DNA of 32,000 nucleotides from Candidatus Methylomirabilis limnetica. Its GTDB lineage: Bacteria; Methylomirabilota; Methylomirabilia; Methylomirabilales; Methylomirabilaceae. The DNA is taken from the NCBI RefSeq assembly GCF_003044035.1, contig NZ_NVQC01000024.1, positions 1 to 32,000 on the forward strand, written 5' to 3'. Position numbers and translations under genes: made by a program. Below the pieces are notes generated by a model. It did no database searches, was not told the origin of the DNA, and worked only from the letters and a program-made list of their open reading frames with translations. Position 1 is the first letter of the stretch; each line of letters starts with the position of its first letter. Below are positions 8,516-17,097 of this stretch, one piece after another.

Positions 8516-8656
8516 AACGTACTCAGGTAGGTAGGCTGAAGGCTGAAGGCTTTTAGGGGTAAAGCAGTGATCACACAGAATTTAGGGCAGTTGATTCGTG
8601 CCTTGCGAGATCATGTATAGCCTTCAGCCTTCAGCCTAACCGCCTAAGTAGTTACA
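8516..8656. mobile_element. MITE family A, short inverted-orientation copy (141 bp) with 9-bp target-site duplication
   Basis: Arms at 8521-8551 and 8619-8649 (31 nt, 4 mismatches) with GGCTGAAGGCTGAAGGCT cores. The internal TTGATTCGTGCCTTGCGAGAT is the reverse complement of the conserved core of the other copies. Exact 9-bp direct repeats CGAGATGTT lie at 8507-8515 and 8657-8665. Confidence 0.75.
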
Positions 8657-8660
8657 CGAG

Positions 8661-9779
8661 ATGTTTAGCTCTGACGATGAACTGTTCATGCGGCGCGCCT
8701 TGGTGCTTGCGGCAAAGGGGCGTGGACGCACAAGCCCCAACCCGATGGTTGGTGCGGTCGTGGTGCGCGGCGGCAGCATCGTTTCCGAGGGGTACCATGC
8801 GCGAGCCGGCGAATCACATGCGGAGGTGGTGGCGATCGAGAATGCGGCCGGGGCGGCGAGCGGTGCTGACCTCTATGTCACTCTTGAGCCGTGCTGCCAT
8901 CATGGTCTGACCCCACCATGTACCGATCGGATCATTCAGGCCGGCATTCGTCGGGTCGTCATTCCAATCCTTGATCCTAATCCGCTCGTCTCCGGCGAAG
9001 GCGTACAGACGTTACGCGAGGCAGGGATTATCGTCGAGCAGGGACTGTTGTCTGAAGAGGCGGCGAGCCTTAACGAAGCCTTTACAAAATTCATCACATG
9101 TCGTACCCCGTTTGTGATCCTCAAGGCAGCAGTCAGCCTTGACGGTAAGATTGCCACTCGAACCGGAGACGCTCGGTGGATATCCGGGGAACAATCGCGC
9201 GAGCACGTGCACAAGCTGCGGGACCAGGTGGATGCGATCATTGTCGGGATAGGTACGATTCGGCGCGATAATCCCAGGCTCACAACCAGGCTTCCAGCAG
9301 GCGGGCACGATCCGATCCGGGTCATCGTGGATGGGCTCGGTCCGCTCCCACTGGAGAGCCAGGTCCTTCAGGCTGGAGCCGCCTCGCGAACCTGGGTCGC
9401 CGTGGCTTCTGATGCCCCCCCTCAGCGGATCGAGGCCTTGCTCAACCGTGGGCTGACGGTGCTTGAAGCGGGCGGCTCTCATGGACGGATCAGTCTTGAG
9501 CTGCTCCTGAAGCGCCTCGGCGAGCGTGAGGTTACGAGCGTGATGATCGAGGGCGGTGAGGGCGTCTTCACCTCCGCCATTGAAGAGGGGGTCGTCGATA
9601 AGTTCCTGCTATTTGTAGCCCCCATGCTGGTGGGGGGAAAGACCGCCCCAAGCCTTTTTGGGGGAGTAGGCGTTGAAGAGATCGGGCAGGCCCTCCGGCT
9701 GTCCCGCTTGCGCATCGAACAACTGGGGGGGGACGTGTTGATTGAAGGATACCGCTCGAAGTATGAAGGGACCTGCTAG
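8661..9779 (+). CDS. ribD: bifunctional riboflavin biosynthesis protein RibD (pyrimidine deaminase / uracil reductase)
   Basis: 372-aa ORF. It has the deaminase zinc motifs HAEVVAI and EPCCHHGLTPPC plus a C-terminal reductase domain. Its start codon lies inside the right copy of the MITE target duplication. Confidence 0.93.
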   Translation: MFSSDDELFMRRALVLAAKGRGRTSPNPMVGAVVVRGGSIVSEGYHARAGESHAEVVAIENAAGAASGADLYVTLEPCCHHGLTPPCTDRIIQAGIRRVVIPILDPNPLVSGEGVQTLREAGIIVEQGLLSEEAASLNEAFTKFITCRTPFVILKAAVSLDGKIATRTGDARWISGEQSREHVHKLRDQVDAIIVGIGTIRRDNPRLTTRLPAGGHDPIRVIVDGLGPLPLESQVLQAGAASRTWVAVASDAPPQRIEALLNRGLTVLEAGGSHGRISLELLLKRLGEREVTSVMIEGGEGVFTSAIEEGVVDKFLLFVAPMLVGGKTAPSLFGGVGVEEIGQALRLSRLRIEQLGGDVLIEGYRSKYEGTC

Positions 9780-9788
9780 GCAAACCGG

Positions 9789-10439
9789 ATGTTTACCGGG
9801 CTGATCGAAGAGGTGGGTCAAGTCCAGCGGGTACGCCGCGAAGGCGTGATCGCAAAGCTTGCCATCAAAGGGCAACAGACCACCTCTTCTCTCGTCATCG
9901 GGGACAGCATCGCGGTCGATGGGAGTTGTCTCACGGTCACGATGACGGCGCATGCCCAGTTCGAGGCCGATCTGTCCGAGGAAACCCTTATGCGTACAAC
10001 CTTGGGAGAGCTCCAGACCGGCGATCCGGTAAATCTGGAACGGCCCTGCCGCCCTACGGATCGACTGGGGGGCCACTTCGTTACCGGCCACGTCGACGGG
10101 GTCGGAACCATCCGCGAGATTCGAGAGACCGGGGGGATGTGGTGGTTGTCGGTCGCCTACCCTGAAGCACTGCGGCCTCTGCTTGTGGAAAAGGGATCCG
10201 TAACGGTGGATGGAATCAGCTTGACGGTGGCCGATCTGAATGACCACTCCTTTGGGGCGGCCATTATTCCACACACATACCACGTTACCACACTAGGGCG
10301 GAAGCAGGTCGGACGGCGCGTCAACCTGGAGACGGACCTGCTTGGCAAATATGTCGTCCGATATCTCGAGGGACTCGGACCCATCACGAGAAAGGCGACG
10401 CTCACCGAATCGCGACTCCGGGATCTGGGATTCGCTTAA
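9789..10439 (+). CDS. ribE: riboflavin synthase (alpha chain)
   Basis: 216-aa ORF starting [10 protein letters not shown], with two lumazine-binding repeats ([13 protein letters not shown] / [12 protein letters not shown]). Confidence 0.92.
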   Translation: MFTGLIEEVGQVQRVRREGVIAKLAIKGQQTTSSLVIGDSIAVDGSCLTVTMTAHAQFEADLSEETLMRTTLGELQTGDPVNLERPCRPTDRLGGHFVTGHVDGVGTIREIRETGGMWWLSVAYPEALRPLLVEKGSVTVDGISLTVADLNDHSFGAAIIPHTYHVTTLGRKQVGRRVNLETDLLGKYVVRYLEGLGPITRKATLTESRLRDLGFA

Positions 10440-10459
10440 GTCGAGTGTACGGAGTAGCC

Positions 10460-11674
10460 ATGGAGAAAACGATCCATTTTCACACCATAGAAGAAGCGAT
10501 CCGGGACCTGCACGATGGTAAGATGGTGATCGTCGTCGACGACGACGGTCGGGAGAACGAGGGCGACCTCACGATGGCCGCCGAGAAGGTAACCCCGGAG
10601 GCGATTAACTTCATGGCCATGCAGGGGCGGGGGTTAATCTGTATGCCCGTCACTGGTGAACGGTTGGATGAACTCCGCATCCCCCCGATGGTCACTGACA
10701 ACACCTCCCCTCACGAGACAGCCTTCTCTGTTTCCGTCGATGCCAGGCACAAGGTAACGACTGGAATCTCGGCCCATGACCGGGCGATCACCATCCACAC
10801 CATCATCGACCCTAAGGCAACAGCCGACGATTTAACCAGTCCAGGACATACCTTTCCGCTCCGTGGACGAGACGGTGGGGTGCTGACTCGGGCAGGACAT
10901 TCCGAAGCCGCTATTGACCTTGCCAGACTGGCTGGCCTGTACCCTGCCGGGGTGATCTGCGAGATCATGCATGACGACGGGACGATGTCCCGGACGCCAG
11001 AACTATATCGTTTTGCTCGCACGCACGATTTGAAGCTGATTACCGTCAAAAGCCTGATCGAGTTTCGATTGAAGCGAGAACGATTCGTCAGTCGTATTGC
11101 CACGACCACATTGCCGACCCCGTACGGCCGATTCACCCTGATCCTGTATCACAGCCAGATCGACAAGAAAGACCACCTCGCCTTGATCATGGGAGAGATC
11201 AACGCCGTAGATGAGACGCTAGTGCGAGTTCACTCCGAGTGCCTCACCGGCGACGTCTTCGGCTCGCTTCGGTGCGATTGCGGGCCGCAGGTGGATAAGT
11301 CGCTCGAGCTGATTGCCAACGAAGGCAAGGGGGTCTTTCTGTATATTCGTCAAGAAGGCAGGGGCATCGGCTTGGCGAACAAGCTTCGGGCCTATGAGCT
11401 GCAGGATACTGGCCTGGACACGGTGGAGGCCAATGTGCGGCTGGGATTCAAGCCGGATCTCAGAGAGTACGGGATTGGCGCCCAGATCCTGTCTGATCTT
11501 GGATTGTGCAATATTCGGCTACTGACCAACAATCCACGTAAGATCGTCGGGCTCGAGGCGTATGGTCTCCATGTGGTGCAGCGGATTCCCATCGAGATTC
11601 ATCCAACGGCCGAGAATCGCGCGTATCTACAAGCCAAACAGGAGAAACTGGGCCATCTGCTCGAAACATTGTGA
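10460..11674 (+). CDS. ribBA: bifunctional 3,4-dihydroxy-2-butanone-4-phosphate synthase / GTP cyclohydrolase II
   Basis: DHBP synthase N-domain ([11 protein letters not shown]) and GCH-II C-domain ([16 protein letters not shown]). I chose the ATG at 10460 (GGAG 7 nt upstream) over the GTG at 10445. Confidence 0.93.
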   Translation: MEKTIHFHTIEEAIRDLHDGKMVIVVDDDGRENEGDLTMAAEKVTPEAINFMAMQGRGLICMPVTGERLDELRIPPMVTDNTSPHETAFSVSVDARHKVTTGISAHDRAITIHTIIDPKATADDLTSPGHTFPLRGRDGGVLTRAGHSEAAIDLARLAGLYPAGVICEIMHDDGTMSRTPELYRFARTHDLKLITVKSLIEFRLKRERFVSRIATTTLPTPYGRFTLILYHSQIDKKDHLALIMGEINAVDETLVRVHSECLTGDVFGSLRCDCGPQVDKSLELIANEGKGVFLYIRQEGRGIGLANKLRAYELQDTGLDTVEANVRLGFKPDLREYGIGAQILSDLGLCNIRLLTNNPRKIVGLEAYGLHVVQRIPIEIHPTAENRAYLQAKQEKLGHLLETL

Positions 11675-11676
11675 TT

Positions 11677-11765
11677 AAAGAAGCGATCAGCGGTCAGCTT
11701 TTACTGGCCCTGGCCCGCTTGTTGGCTGCTGAATGCTGATAGCTGAATGCTGATCGCTTCTTTTT
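11677..11765 (+). repeat. heptad-armed hairpin element (repeat family D) between ribBA and ribH; terminator-like
   Basis: Perfect 15-bp inverted repeat AAAGAAGCGATCAGC (11677-11691) / GCTGATCGCTTCTTT (11749-11763). The right arm is built of heptads GCTGAAT GCTGATA GCTGAAT GCTGATC and is followed by TTTTT. It starts 3 nt after the ribBA stop. Confidence 0.7.
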
Positions 11766-11783
11766 CTAGCCCGGAGGTGTGCC

Positions 11784-12248
11784 TTGAAAACGACCGAAGG
11801 AATATACCTGGCCAAGGGGTTTCGATTTGCCTTGGTGGTAACTCGCATGAATGAGTTAATCACCAAACAGCTGCTGGAGGGAGCGCTTGATTGTCTGTTC
11901 CGCCACGGCGCGGAGGATGCCGCCCTGCATCTGGTGAAGGTCCCCGGCGCCTTTGAGTTGCCGTACGTAGCAAAGCGCTTGGCCGCATCGAATCGCTATG
12001 ACGCCATCATCGCGCTTGGGGCGGTCATCCGAGGCGCTACCGCCCACTTCGATTACGTCGCGGGGGAGGCAGCGAAGGGGATCGCCGCAACCAGTCTTGA
12101 CACTGGCGTGCCCATTATCTTTGGCGTCATCACCGCGAACACGCTTGATGAGGCGATTGAACGGGCCGGGACGAAAGGCGGCAACAAGGGGTTCGACGCG
12201 GCACTTTCAGCCATTGAAATGGCCAGCCTCTTCACTCAACTCACATAG
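11784..12248 (+). CDS. ribH: 6,7-dimethyl-8-ribityllumazine synthase
   Basis: 154-aa ORF with typical lumazine synthase sequence ([35 protein letters not shown]). TTG start with GGAGG 6 nt upstream. Confidence 0.92.
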   Translation: MKTTEGIYLAKGFRFALVVTRMNELITKQLLEGALDCLFRHGAEDAALHLVKVPGAFELPYVAKRLAASNRYDAIIALGAVIRGATAHFDYVAGEAAKGIAATSLDTGVPIIFGVITANTLDEAIERAGTKGGNKGFDAALSAIEMASLFTQLT

Positions 12249-12284
12249 TGTACAAGCGAGAGGGTTGTACCCCTCACATAAGCA

Positions 12285-12716
12285 ATGGATAAACGCCACC
12301 GAGCCAGGGAGCTTGCGCTCTCACTCCTCTATCAACTTGAATTTCACCCGCTGGAAGCTTTTGAGGAGCAGAATCAGGCCTTCTGGGTAGAGCATCCTAT
12401 CAAGCCGGAGACCCAGTCGTTGGCTGACGAGCTCGTCCGAGGAACCCGCCACAATCGGAAGCCGATCGATGATCTGCTTTCCTCGCACGTCGAGCATTGG
12501 ATCCTCTCGCGGCTAGCCCTCGTGGATCTCTGCATCCTTCGCTTGGCCGCTTTTGAGCTGCTCTTTTATGGGAATACACCATGGAAGGTTGCAATCGACG
12601 AAGCAATTGAGCTGGCGAAGGCGTTTGGTGGGAAGGACTCCAGCGGCTTTGTCAACGGTGTCCTGGACAAGCTTTCCGCCCTCGCGAAAGATAACCCCAC
12701 TGCTCCGCTGGGCTAA
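12285..12716 (+). CDS. nusB: transcription antitermination factor NusB
   Basis: 143-aa ORF with a NusB-like sequence (RHRARELALSLLYQ..., FVNGVLDK). It sits in the conserved ribH-nusB position. Confidence 0.9.
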   Translation: MDKRHRARELALSLLYQLEFHPLEAFEEQNQAFWVEHPIKPETQSLADELVRGTRHNRKPIDDLLSSHVEHWILSRLALVDLCILRLAAFELLFYGNTPWKVAIDEAIELAKAFGGKDSSGFVNGVLDKLSALAKDNPTAPLG

Positions 12717-12722
12717 AAAACC

Positions 12723-12771
12723 GCTGAAGGTTTGTTGCTGACCGCTAATAGCAGATAGCTGATAGCTTTAC
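12723..12771. repeat. seven phased degenerate heptads (GCTGAAG GTTTGTT GCTGACC GCTAATA GCAGATA GCTGATA GCTTTAC)
   Basis: Read directly. They fill almost the entire 51-nt gap between the convergent nusB and fabF stops and run into the fabF stop codon. Confidence 0.5.
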
Positions 12772-14018
12772 TCGTACCGCTTGAACACCAGGGTGGCGTT
12801 GGTCCCGCCAAACCCGAATGAGTTGTTGATGGCGACCCGCACCTTAGTCTGGCGCGCCTTGTTCGCGACGTAATCAAGATCGCACTCAGGATCCGGCTCA
12901 TCATAGTTGATGGTCGGCGGAATCACGCCATGGTGGAGGGTCAGCACCGTGGCCACCGATTCGACGCCCCCCGCGGCTCCCAGGAGGTGTCCGGTCATCG
13001 ATTTGATGGAACTCACCGCCAGGCGATAGGCGTGATCCCCAAACACCTTCTTGATCGCCTTGGTCTCGGAGGCATCGCCCGCTTGCGTAGATGTTCCGTG
13101 GGCATTGATGTAATCGACCTCTTCCGGATGAAGCCCGGCAGCCTCCAGCGCGAGGAGCATCGAGGCCATAGCGCCGGATCCTTCCGGCTCTGGCGCAGTC
13201 ATGTGATAGGCGTCAGCCGACATCCCGTAGCCTTTCAACTCGGCATAGATCCTTGCGCCGCGCTGTAGTGCATGGTCCAGCTCCTCGAGAATCAGGGTGC
13301 CCGCGCCCTCCCCCATCACGAAGCCATCGCGTCCCTTATCGAACGGTCGGCTGGCGCGCTGTGGCGCGTCATTTCTGGTGGACAGGGCCTTCATGGCGCC
13401 GAACCCTCCAATGGTCAGCGGAGAGATGACGGCTTCGGTTCCACCGGCAAACATCACATCAGCCATCCCTCGCCTGATGAGTTCGAACGACTCGCCAATC
13501 GCATGATTCCCGCTCGCGCACGCCGTCGAGACGCATGAATTAGGTCCGCGGAGTCCGAAGCGAATAGCGATATGGCCGGCGGCCAGGTTCGTGATGATCG
13601 AAGGGATGAAGAACGGACTGATCCGGTCAGGCCCTTTTTCCAGCAACGTCTTGTGTGTTTCCTCCAGGCCGGGGATTCCGCCCATGCCCGTGCCGATAAG
13701 AACACCGATACGACTTCGTTCATTATCCTTGACCGTAAGCTGGGCGTCATCTACCGCCATAATGGCGCCGGCCAACGCATAGTGGATAAACCGGTCCATC
13801 TTTTTGACTTCTTTCTTCTCCATATAGAGAAGCGGGTCAAACCCCTTAACCTCTGCGGCGATCTTCGTATCGTGCCGACTGGCATCGAACCGGGTGATGT
13901 GGTCGATACCTGAGACCCCATTCACCAGGCTCTCCCAGAAGGCTTCAACGCCGATGCCGTTGGGCGCCACTACGCCCAGGCCTGTCGCAACGACTCGCCT
14001 CATAGCGTTCATCTTCAT
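12768..14018 (-). CDS. fabF: beta-ketoacyl-ACP synthase II
   Basis: 416-aa ORF with the active-site Cys (STACASG), His motifs (HGTSTQAGD, GHLLGAAG) and GFGGTN. Start could be one of three nearby ATGs (14018, 14012, 14003). Confidence 0.95.
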   Translation of the reverse strand: MKMNAMRRVVATGLGVVAPNGIGVEAFWESLVNGVSGIDHITRFDASRHDTKIAAEVKGFDPLLYMEKKEVKKMDRFIHYALAGAIMAVDDAQLTVKDNERSRIGVLIGTGMGGIPGLEETHKTLLEKGPDRISPFFIPSIITNLAAGHIAIRFGLRGPNSCVSTACASGNHAIGESFELIRRGMADVMFAGGTEAVISPLTIGGFGAMKALSTRNDAPQRASRPFDKGRDGFVMGEGAGTLILEELDHALQRGARIYAELKGYGMSADAYHMTAPEPEGSGAMASMLLALEAAGLHPEEVDYINAHGTSTQAGDASETKAIKKVFGDHAYRLAVSSIKSMTGHLLGAAGGVESVATVLTLHHGVIPPTINYDEPDPECDLDYVANKARQTKVRVAINNSFGFGGTNATLVFKRYE

Positions 14019-14062
14019 ATTCCCACCGCCTACGCGTGGCTTATGGAAGCAGGCCAGGCCTG

Positions 14063-14308
14063 TTACGCGGGATGCGACGTGATATACGCGATAGCCGCTT
14101 TTACGGTCATGAGCTTCTCTGCTTCCTCGTCAGGAATCTGAACGCCGAACTCCTCTTCCAAGGCCATCACCAACTCCACCGTATCAAGCGAATCGGCGCC
14201 CAGATCTTCGACGAAAGAAGCCTCCGATGTCACCTCTGTCGCATTGACACCCAATTGGTCTACAATGATCTTCTTGACCCTCTCCTCGATCTCCATTACG
14301 TCAGCCAT
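14063..14308 (-). CDS. acpP: acyl carrier protein
   Basis: 81-aa ORF with the phosphopantetheine attachment motif [19 protein letters not shown]. Confidence 0.95.
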   Translation of the reverse strand: MADVMEIEERVKKIIVDQLGVNATEVTSEASFVEDLGADSLDTVELVMALEEEFGVQIPDEEAEKLMTVKAAIAYITSHPA

Positions 14309-14326
14309 TATCCCCCCTCTACGGCC

Positions 14327-14346
14327 CCTGCCTGCCGCCAGGCAGG
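14327..14346 (-). promoter_or_regulatory. perfect 8-bp stem / 4-nt loop hairpin in the fabG-acpP intergenic region
   Basis: CCTGCCTG CCGC CAGGCAGG read directly. It lies about 20 nt upstream of the acpP start and has no U-tract. Function unknown. Confidence 0.3.
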
Positions 14347-14378
14347 TCGGTACCGTCTCCTTGGATTACGCCCGCATC

Positions 14379-15131
14379 TTACGTTCGCAACCCGCCATCG
14401 ATTGTAATCACCTGACCGGTGATATAGCCTGCCGCTTCAGACACCAGAAACGAGACCAGAGCAGCCACCTCCATCGGATCCCCGAATCGACCTAGGGGGA
14501 TCTGGCTGAGGTAGATCTTCTTGCGATCCTCAGATAATACCGCAGTCATCTCTGTTTCGATAAATCCAGGAGCCACCGCATTCACCGTAATCGACCTGGA
14601 GGCAACCTCTTTAGCAACAGCCTTGGTGAAACCGATCAGACCCGCCTTCGCTGCAGAGTAGTTGGCCTGTCCAGGAATTCCCATCGTCCCTGCAATCGAA
14701 CTGATATTCACGATTCGACCGCCACGAGCCCTGAGCATCGGTCGAAGTGCCGATCGAGTCGTGAAGAATGCCCCCTTCAGGTTGACGTCCAGGACCGCAT
14801 CCCAGTCCTCCTCCTTCATCCGGACCAAAAGCCCATCCCTGGTGATGCCGGCATTGTTGACCAGAATATCAAGACGCCCAAAACGCTTGATGCTGGCCTG
14901 GATCAGCGCCTCAGCATCCGACTCACGCGATACGTCTGCGGCAACTGCCATCCCTGTCGCCCCTGTCGCCTCGATCTCGGCAACTACCTCCTCAGCCGCC
15001 GCCAGGTTTCTCCCGCAGATAGCTACCTTTGCACCCTCAGCCGAGAGCCTCATGGCGATTGCCCGCCCAATCCCACGCGAGCCACCAGTAATGACCGCTA
15101 CCTTCCCTTCAAGTCCGATCGCTGCTCCCAT
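14379..15131 (-). CDS. fabG: 3-oxoacyl-ACP reductase
   Basis: SDR motifs TGGSRGIG, NNAG and YSAAK. Start trimmed to the internal ATG at 15131 (MGAAIGLEGK), which lies 5 nt after the fabD stop. The upstream 61 codons of the raw ORF overlap fabD. Confidence 0.93.
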   Translation of the reverse strand: MGAAIGLEGKVAVITGGSRGIGRAIAMRLSAEGAKVAICGRNLAAAEEVVAEIEATGATGMAVAADVSRESDAEALIQASIKRFGRLDILVNNAGITRDGLLVRMKEEDWDAVLDVNLKGAFFTTRSALRPMLRARGGRIVNISSIAGTMGIPGQANYSAAKAGLIGFTKAVAKEVASRSITVNAVAPGFIETEMTAVLSEDRKKIYLSQIPLGRFGDPMEVAALVSFLVSEAAGYITGQVITIDGGLRT

Positions 15132-15136
15132 CGCTA

Positions 15137-16078
15137 TTACAGAAGCGCCTTCAACTGATTCACCGCAGTCCGCAACGAACCCAGATCCTCGGCGTAAAGC
15201 GCGGTAGTCGCCGGGGCGATCCGCTTGATTAGCCCGGTGAGTACCTTTCCCGGGCCAAGCTCCAGGAAGCAGGTGACGCCTTCTTTCACCAGCCTTCGCA
15301 CCACATCCTCCCACCTCACTGGACTGGTGACTTGGCGGACGAGACTTTCGGGGATCGCTTCCTTGTTCGTCAGGATCTCGGCGTCGACATTGTTGACCAA
15401 CGGGACCAATAGATCAGCGATTGGAATCGTACGGAGCGCTCCCGCCAACCGCTCAGCCGCCGGCCTCATCAAGGAGCAGTGAAAGGGCGCGCTTACCTGT
15501 AAGCGAACGGCCCTCTTGGCGCCCCGTTCCTTAGCCATCTCAATGGCCCGGTCGACCGCCGCTGTCTCCCCGGCAATTACCACCTGACCGGGGCAATTAA
15601 GATTGGCGATCTCGACGACCCCTAAGTGAGCAGCCTCAACACACACCGCATAGACGCTATCCTTATCGAGACCTAGCACGGCTGCCATCGTGCCGGCGCC
15701 AGGGATCACCGCTTCCTGCATAAACTCGCCTCTTTTTCTCACAATGCGAATCGCATCTTCGAATGTGAGGCCCCCGGCTGCCACGAGCGCCGAATACTCA
15801 CCAAGCGAATGGCCGGCCACATAGTCATGTTTTATCCCTTCACACTGCAATGCGGCAAAGGCGGCCATACTGACCGCCATGATGGCCGGCTGCGCATTTG
15901 CGGTGAGCGTGAGCAGATCATCTGGCCCTTCGAAGCAGAGGCGAGCCAAGTCGATCCCCAGAGACTCACTCCCCTTCTCGAAAAGCTGACGGGCTTCAGG
16001 GAGTTGCGCCCAGAAATCCCGTCCCATGCCAACTCGCTGAGAACCCTGCCCGGGAAAAACGAGCGCGATCGCACCCAT
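15137..16078 (-). CDS. fabD: malonyl-CoA:ACP transacylase
   Basis: 313-aa ORF with the FPGQGSQ and GHSLGEYSAL active-site motifs. Confidence 0.95.
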   Translation of the reverse strand: MGAIALVFPGQGSQRVGMGRDFWAQLPEARQLFEKGSESLGIDLARLCFEGPDDLLTLTANAQPAIMAVSMAAFAALQCEGIKHDYVAGHSLGEYSALVAAGGLTFEDAIRIVRKRGEFMQEAVIPGAGTMAAVLGLDKDSVYAVCVEAAHLGVVEIANLNCPGQVVIAGETAAVDRAIEMAKERGAKRAVRLQVSAPFHCSLMRPAAERLAGALRTIPIADLLVPLVNNVDAEILTNKEAIPESLVRQVTSPVRWEDVVRRLVKEGVTCFLELGPGKVLTGLIKRIAPATTALYAEDLGSLRTAVNQLKALL

Positions 16079-16097
16079 CAGCGACAGGCGTACATAC

Positions 16098-17081
16098 TTA
16101 CCATCGGATGAGCGCCGATCCCCAGGTGACCCCGCCCCCGAAGGCCGTCAGCAGCAACAAATCACCACGTTTTAGCCGCCCTACCCGAACGGCTTCGTCT
16201 ATGGCAATAGGGATCGAGGCAGCAGACGTATTCCCATAGCGGTCAATATTCATAAAGATCCGCTCTCGCGGAAGATCCAATCGCTCGGCCACTGCATAGA
16301 TGATTCGGGCGTTGGCCTGGTGAGAAATAAAGAGATCAATGTCAGAGACCTCTACCCCATTAGCCTTCAGCGCGGCCATGGCGGCATCCTCCATTGACCG
16401 GACGGCCGTCTTGAACACCTCGTTTCCATTGGGCATCCGGATCGTGACCAGCTTCTCGTCAATGACCTTTTGCGAGGCAGGCTGGCGAGAGCCACCCCCT
16501 GGAATAAACAATTGCTTCCCCTTTGATCCGTCGGAATACAGATGTGTGGAGAGGATGCTGGAATCAGCAGTTGTGCGCTGGACAAGCGCCGCTCCCGCCC
16601 CATCACCAAAGAGAATACAGGTGCCTCGATCACTCCAGTCAACCACCTTGGAGAGGGTGTCCGCCCCTATCACCAGGATATTTCGCATGAGGCCGGCCCG
16701 CAGATAGGCATCGGCGACAGAAAGGCCGTAAATAAAGCCGGAGCACGCAGCCATTAAATCGAAAGCTGCTGCTCGCGACGCGCCCAGTCGTTCCTGCAGT
16801 ACGCACGCGGTAGAAGGGAAAAACATGTCGGGGGTCACCGTATTCACGAGGATCAGGTCCAGGTCATTAGGATCAACGGAAGCGGACTCCAGGGCGCGTC
16901 GGGCCGCCACCTCAGCCAGATCCGAGGTTGCCTGATCGTCGGAGGCGATTCGCCGCTCCGATATCCCCGTTCGGGTGACAATCCACTCATCGCTGGTGCT
17001 GACCATCTGCTCCAAATCAGCATTGGTCAGAACCCGATCCGGAACGAAGGCCCCTATGCCAGCGATCCTGCTGCCGTACAT
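16098..17081 (-). CDS. fabH: beta-ketoacyl-ACP synthase III
   Basis: 327-aa ORF with AACSGF (Cys), HQAN (His), GNTSAASIP (Asn) and FGGGVTWG. Confidence 0.95.
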   Translation of the reverse strand: MYGSRIAGIGAFVPDRVLTNADLEQMVSTSDEWIVTRTGISERRIASDDQATSDLAEVAARRALESASVDPNDLDLILVNTVTPDMFFPSTACVLQERLGASRAAAFDLMAACSGFIYGLSVADAYLRAGLMRNILVIGADTLSKVVDWSDRGTCILFGDGAGAALVQRTTADSSILSTHLYSDGSKGKQLFIPGGGSRQPASQKVIDEKLVTIRMPNGNEVFKTAVRSMEDAAMAALKANGVEVSDIDLFISHQANARIIYAVAERLDLPRERIFMNIDRYGNTSAASIPIAIDEAVRVGRLKRGDLLLLTAFGGGVTWGSALIRW

Positions 17082-17097
17082 TACATGCGCCCTCTCG

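Noticed and set aside
8410-8660. Expected FMN (RFN) riboswitch upstream of the riboflavin operon
   Set aside because: I could not find the conserved FMN aptamer core by eye, and most of the leader is a family A MITE. A covariance-model search is still needed to exclude it formally.
9609-10283. 224-aa minus-strand ORF across the ribD/ribE junction
   Set aside because: It is antisense to two well-supported riboflavin genes and has no recognisable motifs.
15132-15314. N-terminal 61-codon extension of the fabG ORF
   Set aside because: It overlaps the 3' end of fabD in another frame. The conserved FabG N-terminus (KVAVITGGSRGIG) begins just after the internal ATG at 15131.
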